Assembly (NCBI GenBank): GCA_964493715.1
Contig: CAZBPC010000006.1
Span: 1 to 61,191, forward strand
Direction of reading: 5' to 3'
Length of the DNA stretch: 61,191 nucleotides
From: an uncultured archaeon
GTDB lineage: Archaea; Asgardarchaeota; Lokiarchaeia; Sigyniarchaeales; SOKP01
Shown: piece by piece, positions 1-8,301 of the stretch
Position numbering within the stretch: position 1 is the first letter of the stretch
Layout: the number at the start of each line of letters is the position of its first letter
Program-made: the position numbers and the translations under genes
The notes under the pieces: generated by a model
What the model saw: the letters and a program-made list of their open reading frames with translations, nothing else
Told to the model about the DNA's origin: nothing
Database searches by the model: none

Positions 1-56
1 AGATTTTGATTTTTTATACAATATTTTTTTATTATTTTATATATTTAAATAAAAAA

Positions 57-272
57 TTAATTATTTTGATCAAAATGATCAAGTATAGCAATTCCAAAAA
101 ATAGCATTAAAACACCATAAATAAACATAAAATTTTCAGGTTGAGATTTAAAGTTCTTTTTCTTCTTTATTACCTCATTGATCGCAACAATGACCTCAAA
201 TAGAAATCTAGCTCGATTTTCAATTGACCATCCATATTCATCCGTTCTAATATTAGAACATCTTATAAAAGA
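57..272 (-). pseudogene. start-less open frame, possible cassette remnant (hydrophobic C-terminus)
   Basis: Hand translation gives 71 open codons between TAA 273-275 and TAA 57-59: ...DEYGWSIENRARFLFEVIVAINEV...FMFIYGVLMLFFGIAILDHFDQNN*. It has no 5' start and lies at the end of the cassette array. Confidence 0.25.
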
Positions 273-361
273 TTAATTTTACATTACATGATTGTTCTAT
301 CAAAAATAATGATGCTTGGACACACCAAATTCCTTTCTTTCAATAATTATAAGGTTATCTT

Positions 362-793
362 CTAATTGTCTAGTATAAGTTTTTTGTTTAAACTAGTCGC
401 AAATTTCTGAAAATATGCGATTATTTCTTCACATTTCAGAAGTGAAAAATGCCGGGTACTTAATTCAAAACCTGAAATGAATTTAAAATCCTTATTATAA
501 TTCTGATAAAATGAGTAAAACTGAACTTTATATTTCTTTCTGGAAAGTTTTTGAAATATCTTATATTTTTTAGTTTTCTCGATTATTTTAATAACATCAA
601 AATCTTTCCACCATATAAAAAAAGAAGGTTTTTCCAAGATTTTTACTGTTATATAATTTTTTGTAATTCTTATTGCAGATTCTTTGAATACTGGAAAATA
701 ATCTCCAAATTTACTATAATAATATAGTTTTTTATTTTTAATTCTTAAAGAAAATAAAATGACTCCTAAAAAAAATAATATCGAAAAAAACAT
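362..793 (-). CDS. TM + PH-like (bPH) small protein, candidate immunity protein 4 (possibly 5'-truncated)
   Basis: N-terminal hydrophobic helix followed by a beta-rich IRITKNYITVK...FIWWKDFDVIKI pattern typical of bacterial PH-like domains; abuts cassette 793-1062. Confidence 0.5.
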   Translation of the reverse strand: MFFSILFFLGVILFSLRIKNKKLYYYSKFGDYFPVFKESAIRITKNYITVKILEKPSFFIWWKDFDVIKIIEKTKKYKIFQKLSRKKYKVQFYSFYQNYNKDFKFISGFELSTRHFSLLKCEEIIAYFQKFATSLNKKLILDN

Positions 794-1062
794 TATAATA
801 GGGAATCTTGCGGTAACAATAATAATGCTACACTAGCTACAGCAATCGTTAATCCTAATAGAATTATCGCCATAATTGCCCAAACTAGAATATACACTGA
901 TGCTCTAATTAACAACCACATGAGATCTCCGAGTGCTGTGAGAAGTGTCATGAATATCGAATCAGCGAATCCAATCAAATAACCCATTTTTTCCGCAGCG
1001 ATCATCGCCATGTTATAAATTACAACAAGGTGTAAAAATGGGCATAGCCAGGTATAATTCAT
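793..1062 (-). pseudogene. truncated cassette containing the conserved hinge motif
   Basis: DSIFMTLLTALGDLMWLLIRASVYILVWAI aligns with QSIGMTILSWLAHLAWLLVRAAILIFAWI of 5983-7971; the frame stops about 30 aa later. Confidence 0.6.
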
Positions 1063-1204
1063 TTAATAATGAGGACCAATAAAAAGTCTTCACCGATTCC
1101 AACCTTTAAATTATTATTTAGTCTTTTTTCCTATAATACATAGAATAATATTGGAACTTGTAGTTAAGACTTTCACATTTAATAAAAAAATAGAAAAGAT
1201 TAAC

Positions 1205-1300
1205 AAAATGAGATTTATTTTTTTATAATTTTAACGTGATTTTGTTCCAGTATTTTAAGTAATGGTTTGTAGTCAAAAACATTATACAATACGTGATAAC
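1205..1300. repeat. direct repeat copy A (3' end and trailer of immunity-like paralog)
   Basis: aaaatgagatttatttttttat.attttaacgtgattttgttcca..attttaagtaa.ggtttgta is near-identical to 3049-3144 (offset 1844); weaker similarity continues into 1147-1204 vs 2996-3048. Confidence 0.85.
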
Positions 1301-1808
1301 TTCTCTGAAGACGTTGGGGGATTTTCACTCCCTTCTCTTTAGAAATTCGAAATCTCCATTCAATAGGACTTGTAGCATCAAATTTAGGGAAGATTCTTAT
1401 TTTAGCAACCTCATCTTTAAGAAATAGCACTTTTTTGATCTCGATTTTATCAATCTTTGAATACTCAAAGGCATAATATTCACTATATTTCTGATTTTCA
1501 CTTTTATCGACAATTTTTTTATTTGTTGCGAAAAATGATCTCTGATCATGAATTATACCTAACCATATAATTATTGAAGATATGACACCAAAAAGTGGAA
1601 AAATTATAATGAAAAATGCGATAAACAGAGTTATAGCAGAAAGAAAAATAAAATCAAAAGAAGAGGATGATCTAAAGATTATATTAGCCATTATGATCCC
1701 AATTATGGAAATTGGTAATGAAATTAAGATTATAATCTCTTGGAATTTTGGGCTAATTTTCGACTGCCAATGAATTTCCTCGTCTTTTTCTATCATATCC
1801 ATTAACAT
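1215..1808 (-). CDS. 2-TM + PH-like membrane protein, candidate immunity protein 3
   Basis: Paralog of 3059-3667 (shared FAT..I.DK.E, F.YS.I.KIEIK, YHVLYNV..YKPLLKILEQNHVKIIKK); GGAGG RBS just upstream. Confidence 0.8.
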   Translation of the reverse strand: MLMDMIEKDEEIHWQSKISPKFQEIIILISLPISIIGIIMANIIFRSSSSFDFIFLSAITLFIAFFIIIFPLFGVISSIIIWLGIIHDQRSFFATNKKIVDKSENQKYSEYYAFEYSKIDKIEIKKVLFLKDEVAKIRIFPKFDATSPIEWRFRISKEKGVKIPQRLQRSYHVLYNVFDYKPLLKILEQNHVKIIKK

Positions 1809-1836
1809 ATTTCTCCCTCCTTTATAAATTTATACT

Positions 1837-2730
1837 TTACACAAATGCTTGTAATAAGAATAAAAATCCAAATCCCATAAACCAAATCATAGTGCATAGG
1901 GTGATTATTTGAGTTATATCTTCCGTTCCAGCGCTAAGACTATCAAAAATCGTTTCAGCTGCAAACCAACATGCAAATATTAACGCAATACCTTGAAATA
2001 ACATTTCAGCAAATTCTCTCATCATTCTATCAAAAGTAGAACCTTCAAACAGAGTATTAATAGAACCAATAATCAATTTTACTCCTGAACCGATAAGAAT
2101 GACTATTATTTTCAAAAACATAACATAAGAGCTCTCAGATGGCTTGAAGTCATGTCCGATTTTACAAAAAAATGCAAATAATAGTACTGCTGTCCATAAA
2201 CCAACAACCCATCCTGCGGAGTAATATGGTGAAAGAGGATCCTCGCTGTTTAGACAAAGTGTAAAAATTGTAGTTGCTACTCCAATAAATAGTGCATATG
2301 TAAGTAATGCAGCTATAGCTTCCAAATTTGGATCGACGAGTATCGGAACAGCTCCCAAAGCTGTAATTATAATCGTAGCAAGTAATATAGAATCACCTAT
2401 ACCATTGAAAAAACGAGTTAATTTTTCATCAACAGATAAATCCTCAACATAGAGTTGATATTGTTCAGTCACGATTATGTCAGTAGAAGTGTTAACCTCG
2501 AAATAAAAATAATACACCCCGATTTTATCAAATGAGAGTTCAAGGAAATATTCTTTTCCATCGGTAAAATCTTCATCTTCCAAATCGGCTTCGGTCATAT
2601 TGTAAACTCTTTCATATATCCAATTATCATTATTAACATGCAACTTGGGGAATCCTGTTTGCGGTGCTCTATTAAGAGCATCCGTATAAATAATCTCAAA
2701 TCTAAAAATGAGATAATCGTTAATCCGCAC
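1837..2730 (-). CDS. orphan C-terminal cassette 3: beta-sandwich domain + ~5-6 TM helices (5'-truncated)
   Basis: IFRFEIIYTDALNRAPQTGFPKLHV...DFTDGKEYF...IGVYYFYF...QYQL.VEDLS is clearly homologous to the middle of 3681-4994. Homology starts abruptly at ~2710 and the GTG start has no obvious RBS. Confidence 0.75.
   Translation of the reverse strand: MRINDYLIFRFEIIYTDALNRAPQTGFPKLHVNNDNWIYERVYNMTEADLEDEDFTDGKEYFLELSFDKIGVYYFYFEVNTSTDIIVTEQYQLYVEDLSVDEKLTRFFNGIGDSILLATIIITALGAVPILVDPNLEAIAALLTYALFIGVATTIFTLCLNSEDPLSPYYSAGWVVGLWTAVLLFAFFCKIGHDFKPSESSYVMFLKIIVILIGSGVKLIIGSINTLFEGSTFDRMMREFAEMLFQGIALIFACWFAAETIFDSLSAGTEDITQIITLCTMIWFMGFGFLFLLQAFV
2639..2670. repeat. 32-bp direct repeat copy A (RAPQTGFPKLH coding segment)
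   Basis: 28/32 identical to 2935-2966 by hand alignment. Confidence 0.8.
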
Positions 2731-2934
2731 ACTACTAAAGCAAGGAATAATGCTGGATATTCAAAAAGACCTCGTGATGTATCGTACTCAGATATCGCTT
2801 CAATATCATCTCTTATTGTAAAACATGTAAATATGATCCATTAAATGAATCACAATTTCCATAGCGCTAACCACACCTCCAAAATTTAATAATGCTCCCA
2901 TAATCATATTTTTAAAACAACCTATTGCTAGACC

Positions 2935-2966
2935 TGCAACTTGGGGAATCTTGATTTCGGAGCTCT
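2935..2966. repeat. 32-bp direct repeat copy B, micro-remnant of another cassette
   Basis: Minus strand reads RAPKSRFPKLQ, versus RAPQTGFPKLH at 2639-2670; lies in the intergenic gap. Confidence 0.75.
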
Positions 2967-3048
2967 CCCAAAAATATCAAAAGTATGTTTCCTTTAATAC
3001 TTGGAACTTATTACTAAGGTTTAAACAATTACTAAAAAAAATTAAAAA

Positions 3049-3144
3049 AAAATGAGATTTATTTTTTTATGATTTTAACGTGATTTTGTTCCAAAATTTT
3101 AAGTAAGGGTTTGTAATTAGATACATTGTATAGTACATGATAAT
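3049..3144. repeat. direct repeat copy B
   Basis: Near-identical to 1205-1300. Confidence 0.85.
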
Positions 3145-3667
3145 CTCCCTCAAAAAGTTGGGGGACCTTCACACCATGTTCTTTGAAAAATTTAAAACTC
3201 CATTCAATAGTGTTTGAAAGATTAAATTCAGGGAAGATTCTGATCAAAACACCTCTTTTTTTAAAAAAAAATCTTGGCTTGATCTCAATTTTATTGATAT
3301 TTGAATATTCAAATATGAAATATTCAATATATTCCTTTTTTTCTCGTTTATCAATAATATTATCATGTGTTGCAAAATATGTAATTTTACCACCCAAACT
3401 CTTTCCAGCTAGCCAGTCAATTAATGCTAAGGTAAATCCAGCCAATGGAAGCCCTAGCAATAATATAGCACTCATTCCGAATAACCCCATTAAAAGAAAT
3501 CCAAATAATCCAGTGGGATAATCTGAGAATTTACGGAAAAAATCTTGGAATAAGATTCCGATTACAAGAACCATTGATGAAATAAGGAATAAGATTAATC
3601 GGAAATATAATTTAACATTTAATTGCCAGAGCATTTCCTTATTCTTTTCTACCATATCTATTGACAT
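3059..3667 (-). CDS. 2-TM + PH-like membrane protein, candidate immunity protein 2
   Basis: Paralog of 1215-1808 with diverged TM helices and an identical C-terminal end; GGAGTG RBS; starts 13 nt after the cassette 2 stop. Confidence 0.8.
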   Translation of the reverse strand: MSIDMVEKNKEMLWQLNVKLYFRLILFLISSMVLVIGILFQDFFRKFSDYPTGLFGFLLMGLFGMSAILLLGLPLAGFTLALIDWLAGKSLGGKITYFATHDNIIDKREKKEYIEYFIFEYSNINKIEIKPRFFFKKRGVLIRIFPEFNLSNTIEWSFKFFKEHGVKVPQLFEGDYHVLYNVSNYKPLLKILEQNHVKIIKK

Positions 3668-3680
3668 TTTTCACACTCCA

Positions 3681-5051
3681 TTAAAATTGAAAGAACTTCA
3701 TAATACTCAAGATTAGGAATCCAAAACCAAAACACATAAGTGTCATTATAGAAGCACGAGCTATCATTTTAGTTGATTCTTCTGTTATTATATTAAATTT
3801 TCCAAAAATTGTTGAAGCTGAGAAGAGACTAGCAATAACCAACAATAAAAATTGAGATGACGAAGTAATCAATGAAATCAAGTCTAATTCGCTGTTATCA
3901 GGATCAAATAATGCTTTGATAGATCCAAAATTTGCTTTAATCACTGCACTAATTATTAACGTTATAAATTTTATGATAGTTAGAGTTGTTGTTTTAGATG
4001 GATCAAAGGACAATGGAAATTTGCAAAATACCCCAAGCAACCCTGCTGAAATTAGAACACCTAAAGACCACCCTAGGGCGCGATATGGAGTATTTTCTGA
4101 CTTACTATTCACAAAGATTCTTAAATTTATCCAAAGTGTTAGCAGTAGTATTCCATACATTATATTTCCAGCAATCATCTCCGCTGTTGGATGTGGGATT
4201 AGAGGAACCAACCCCAAAATTGATATCATAGCTGTGGTGAATGCCATAGAATCATACATACCTTCCTTCAAACTAGTCATTTTTTCCTCAAATGATAAAT
4301 CCTCAATACTAAGTTGATATTGATCAGTTTCGACTGTATCAGTAGGAGTTTCGACATCAAAATAAAAATAATAATCTCCAATATGATCATATGAAATTTC
4401 ATAGAAATATTCTTTCCCATCAGTAAAATCATCATCTTCCCCATGAGTTCCTATCAGGATGTAAACCCTTTCGGATTCTACCCAACCATCATGAATAACA
4501 TGTAGCTTAGGGTATCCTGTTTCTGGTGGTCTATTATCGATATCCGTGTAAGTAATAGTAAATCTAAAGATCGTTTGCGTGTCCCCACCATTAGGATTTA
4601 CATTTATATTACTGAGCGTGCTTTTACCATCGGAAGAAGTGTATACATCTGAAGGACTGCTCATATCGGGATATCCATAATCAAATTCTCGAGACAACCC
4701 TATTCCTATAATTTCTTCTGTTCTAGATGTTAAAGTATTATCCATTGAATCATCCTTGATCACTAAGGGAAGATCGACATCGAAGAAATCAACATGTTCT
4801 AATGTAACGGTCGTTTCCGTTTTTATTGGTAATCCTTTTAAACTGTATTCAAAAGACATTACATCGTAATTTACTTCTCCACCAAGCAATAATATGAAAG
4901 GAACCATGACAAGGTACATGACATACTCCAAAAGCATGTTGAAGATCTTAATTGCCAATACAATATATGCGAATACTAGGATCGCAGCACGCACTAAAAG
5001 CCATGCTAAGTGTGCTAGCCACGAGAGTAATTGCCATAATTTTTGTACTTC
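3681..5051 (-). CDS. orphan C-terminal cassette 2: hinge + beta-sandwich + ~5-6 TM helices (no proper start)
   Basis: The frame is open from 5051 (EVQKLWQLLSWLAHLAWLLVRAAILVFAYI); the ORF track starts at internal GTG 4994. The ATG matching the trunk Met (5035-5037) is out of frame by a 1-nt insertion. Confidence 0.75.
   Translation of the reverse strand, partial: EVQKLWQLLSWLAHLAWLLVRAAILVFAYIVLAIKIFNMLLEYVMYLVMVPFILLLGGEVNYDVMSFEYSLKGLPIKTETTVTLEHVDFFDVDLPLVIKDDSMDNTLTSRTEEIIGIGLSREFDYGYPDMSSPSDVYTSSDGKSTLSNINVNPNGGDTQTIFRFTITYTDIDNRPPETGYPKLHVIHDGWVESERVYILIGTHGEDDDFTDGKEYFYEISYDHIGDYYFYFDVETPTDTVETDQYQLSIEDLSFEEKMTSLKEGMYDSMAFTTAMISILGLVPLIPHPTAEMIAGNIMYGILLLTLWINLRIFVNSKSENTPYRALGWSLGVLISAGLLGVFCKFPLSFDPSKTTTLTIIKFITLIISAVIKANFGSIKALFDPDNSELDLISLITSSSQFLLLVIASLFSASTIFGKFNIITEESTKMIARASIMTLMCFGFGFLILSIMKFFQF
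4981..5037. repeat. hinge repeat copy B
   Basis: 4981-5029 matches 7112-7160 at 47/49 nt, and extends to 5037/7167 with one extra base. Confidence 0.95.
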
Positions 5052-5477
5052 CTAAGTTAATATATACATTATTTTTATAAATATAATAATCTTTAATTTA
5101 GAAATTGTACATCTTTGAATCTCTATCATTGAACGCTTTTTTACTGTTAAGGAATAAGTTATGATAGTGTTAATGCTAATTAAAATTACTTGATCATCTC
5201 CAAGAACAATCGTGAATAAATAAAGAAAAACTAATAATACAATGAGCAAAATCGCAATTCTTATCACTAAATTTCGTGTATCAGTTAAATTCACCAATTT
5301 AACTTGATCACACAATACTTTTTCACTATTTTGAAGATATTTTCCTACAAAATCTTCAGAATTAAATTTATCTTCGACCTGTGTGACAGATATTGATGTT
5401 AACTCTTCCTTTTCTGATATTCCAATATCATTTAAATTCTTGAATTTAATTTTTTGCTTTTTATTTATTTGTTTGAA
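5052..5477 (-). pseudogene. start-less remnant of another TM/PH-like (immunity-type) gene
   Basis: The frame is open 5477-5055: ...EDFVGKYLQNSEKVLCDQVK...IAILLIVLLVFLYLFTIV.... EKVL-C resembles the EEIHW/KEMLW motif that precedes TM1 in the neighbouring paralogs. Confidence 0.4.
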
Positions 5478-5930
5478 TCACTCAATCTGATTTGAGATTT
5501 CTTTCATTATTTCTTTGTAATTTTCAATTAAAAACGTAGGAAAGATTATCTCTTCAGAAACTAATTGGATGATGAATTGTGGATATATCTTGCCCTTCAA
5601 GCGTACCTCCTTTATTTGACTAAAGTGAATGAATCTCGTGGTGACATAATTAATCACGCCATTATTCCTCACTTGAACACCATTCTCGTATACAATAACA
5701 TAGGAAACTAGTACTTTCATTCCAATCCAGAAGAAGATGAATCCTGAAAATAGTAAAAACTCCCAAAAACCAAAGGTGATATCCATTCTTAAGATAAGAT
5801 AAATTTTTATATATAACCATGCTAACATTAAAACTACTCCACACATAAAAAAAGTCATAGAAATATAATCCCGTTGTGTTTTACTTTTTAAAATTTTTTT
5901 TCCAGGTTGATTATTTTTCATATTATTCAT
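5478..5930 (-). CDS. 2-TM + bPH-domain protein, candidate immunity protein 1
   Basis: Two TM helices then YVIVYENGVQVR...FIHFSQIKEVRL, a typical bPH pattern; directly downstream of cassette 1. Confidence 0.75.
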   Translation of the reverse strand: MNNMKNNQPGKKILKSKTQRDYISMTFFMCGVVLMLAWLYIKIYLILRMDITFGFWEFLLFSGFIFFWIGMKVLVSYVIVYENGVQVRNNGVINYVTTRFIHFSQIKEVRLKGKIYPQFIIQLVSEEIIFPTFLIENYKEIMKEISNQIE

Positions 5931-5982
5931 TTGCTTTGATACTATTTAAATTTAGAAAATAATTTTATAAAAAAAAAATTAA

Positions 5983-7971
5983 TTAATTTGATTCTTCGAT
6001 TAAAATTGTATATCCGATTGTTATTAATGATATTCCTATACCCATACTTATAAGCCCAAAGACAAAAGCAATTATCGATTTTTTATCACCATTAAATCCC
6101 CAAAGACTCCCACCTATAACATTACCATAATTAGTTGCTTTACCCTTCTTATGACCTCCAAATAAAACTATGCTAGTTGCCAAGAGAATCATTGAAATAA
6201 CTGCAAAAACACCACTTGCTATTGCTACAATGACTTTAGCGGGAAGATTATTAGCTAAATCGATCCAGTTTAGTTGTTCAAACCAATCTACACCTAACAT
6301 CGATCCTACTCCAATAATATCCAATAATTCAACTAACATAATCACAAATCTTCCATGGTCATAATTGCCTCTCCCAAAAAAAAGCTTGATAATATTTGCC
6401 ATAAATGTATAAGTTGTATCAATATAACCACTCATTATAAAAGCAAATAATCCTGCGATAAAAATCCCATATCCTAAACCCATAAATTTTACAGCTCTTG
6501 TTGTTGGATCATCATTACTAATAATTACTACTGCAAGCAGAATGGTGGCAATGAAGGCTAAAATTGATAAAATCGTTAGTATAGTCTTATACGTCACTTC
6601 AGATTTACACATTTCTAATATGCCTGATATAATACACATAAAACTACAAGCAAGCCCTATACCAGATCCTACAGCTATTAGATAGTCTAATACTAAATTC
6701 CATATAAATAAATCATCAGAAGTACTTGAAGCTTTTACTTTACTTTCACTATATAGTGAATTTTCTGGGTTTGTATTATCGGTGAAAATCTGTTCTAATG
6801 GATTTTCTAGATGGTTTGGAACTCCAATATTATTTGTAAGAAGTGTACATGATAATTCAAAACTGATTTCATTTGAAGTAAAATAGAAGTTCAAAATTGG
6901 AATATCAATTTTAAAGAATTCGATATGACACATATCAATAGTATAACCGATATCAAAGTTAAGATCACCTGAAACTGTAATATTGTTTATCGACAGTGAA
7001 TAATCAATACTAGCAAAAATATCGAAGAGTAAAACCAAACCCATCATGGTTATGATGATGAGATTGACAAATAGAAATAGTAATGCAAATACGATCCAAG
7101 CGAAAATTAAAATCGCAGCACGTACTAACAGCCATGCTAAGTGTGCTAGCCACGAGAGTATTGTCATTCCTATTGATTGAGCATTTTGATTGTTTTGGTT
7201 GGTGATATCTGCAATGCTACTGGCTATTGTGATTATTAGATAAGCTATTCCGAAGGTAATGATGTACAATATTACAACGAGTACCCCTAACCACCACGCT
7301 AAGGGGTCAAAAGGTCTTGGAGCTGCTCCTAACTCCGCACTAACATGAGGACTATCTAATGGGATAAACAACATCGCTGCAGAGGGTAGATTCATCATCG
7401 TGGCTGATATGCCGTCATCTTTTGTCGAAATATAGGAATATAACACGGCAGTTTCGTTGGTTTCCGCGTCAATCAGGCAATTGAGTAATAAATCCAGAAT
7501 TTCCATTGCTTCTTCAGCAGAGAGATCAAATCTTACAATGTGAAAATCGCAATCACCGCAAGCATCTTCGAGTTTATTTCCATCTCTATCAACGGAATAA
7601 AACTCATATTTACCTTCCTCATCGCTATAAAGTGGAGTTTCATCCAATCGGTCATGTTCAATGTAACCATGTAGCTCAGTTTTGGTGAATAAGGAGGTGG
7701 GAATCACGATCGCGTTTGGTCCTTCTACGAAAGGCGTGCCTTCAAATATTGTATCTGTATTCAAGTATAATTGAAATACCGTCGTCCTTTCTTTTTCTTG
7801 ATAATGTCCGGTGAAACCATTGGAGCTAGCATCAAAAATTGCAATCGTATTGGCTCTTTCGATGGCTAATGTCTTGAGTTTCACTTGCACGACATCATTG
7901 TTAGCGTGAGCTACTTGCAACGTCTGCTCATGGCCCACCGAACCTATCGTGTAGTCTAATGTGCCTCCCAC
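5983..7971 (-). CDS. trunk fragment + hinge + multi-TM C-terminal domain (cassette 1); 5'-truncated large protein
   Basis: Acidic soluble N-region (~220 aa), hydrophobic hinge, then ~6 Gly-rich TM helices. The coding frame continues upstream past an in-frame TAG (8008-8010) to ~8100 (FNDKYYLDIDDDFTEQDETIPVTIWG). Confidence 0.8.
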   Translation of the reverse strand: MGGTLDYTIGSVGHEQTLQVAHANNDVVQVKLKTLAIERANTIAIFDASSNGFTGHYQEKERTTVFQLYLNTDTIFEGTPFVEGPNAIVIPTSLFTKTELHGYIEHDRLDETPLYSDEEGKYEFYSVDRDGNKLEDACGDCDFHIVRFDLSAEEAMEILDLLLNCLIDAETNETAVLYSYISTKDDGISATMMNLPSAAMLFIPLDSPHVSAELGAAPRPFDPLAWWLGVLVVILYIITFGIAYLIITIASSIADITNQNNQNAQSIGMTILSWLAHLAWLLVRAAILIFAWIVFALLFLFVNLIIITMMGLVLLFDIFASIDYSLSINNITVSGDLNFDIGYTIDMCHIEFFKIDIPILNFYFTSNEISFELSCTLLTNNIGVPNHLENPLEQIFTDNTNPENSLYSESKVKASSTSDDLFIWNLVLDYLIAVGSGIGLACSFMCIISGILEMCKSEVTYKTILTILSILAFIATILLAVVIISNDDPTTRAVKFMGLGYGIFIAGLFAFIMSGYIDTTYTFMANIIKLFFGRGNYDHGRFVIMLVELLDIIGVGSMLGVDWFEQLNWIDLANNLPAKVIVAIASGVFAVISMILLATSIVLFGGHKKGKATNYGNVIGGSLWGFNGDKKSIIAFVFGLISMGIGISLITIGYTILIEESN
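7112..7167. repeat. hinge repeat copy A
   Basis: See 4981-5037; encodes MTILSWLAHLAWLLVRAAI. Confidence 0.95.
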
Positions 7972-8301
7972 GTATTCATAATCACATGGATCTGCTGGTA
8001 ATATACACTAACCCCATATCGTGACAGGGATCGTTTCATCTTGCTCAGTAAAATCATCATCGATATCAAGATAATACTTGTCATTAAAAAGGATAGTTAG
8101 TAGTATGTTTTCGCTAAATTTCAGTATTAAATTTTTTAGTTTATAATTAATCAAATTATTTTAAAAGTAAAATATCATAGATGCCAAAATTATCTCAGAA
8201 TAATATTTTTTACATTACCAATATTTATTATCTTAAACAATTAAAAACCTCTTAAATTGATAATAGTTACTATTTACGAAAAGTGAGGTGAAAAAGAGAA
8301 A

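Noticed and set aside
3681-5930. ORFs 5478-5930, 5052-5477 and 3681-5051 are all in one frame, separated only by TGA (5478-5480) and TAG (5052-5054), suggesting Sec/Pyl readthrough
   Set aside because: Frame coincidence has about a 1-in-9 chance. The segments look like separate mosaic pieces, there is no redox-motif context, and no SECIS-like hairpin or pyl genes are visible.
1582-7688. Plus-strand ORFs 1582-1773, 2638-2844, 3183-3521, 3916-4317, 3998-4231, 6170-6364, 7506-7688 and minus-strand 5662-5844
   Set aside because: Antisense or alternate-frame shadows of better-supported genes, with no motifs.
8008-8010. In-frame TAG as pyrrolysine
   Set aside because: The upstream frame has no plausible start, RBS or signal, so nonsense decay of a truncated gene is simpler.
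1-8200. Repeats as a CRISPR array or DGR template/variable repeats
   Set aside because: The repeats are few, coding and irregularly spaced; mismatches are not adenine-specific; there is no cas or reverse transcriptase gene in the window.
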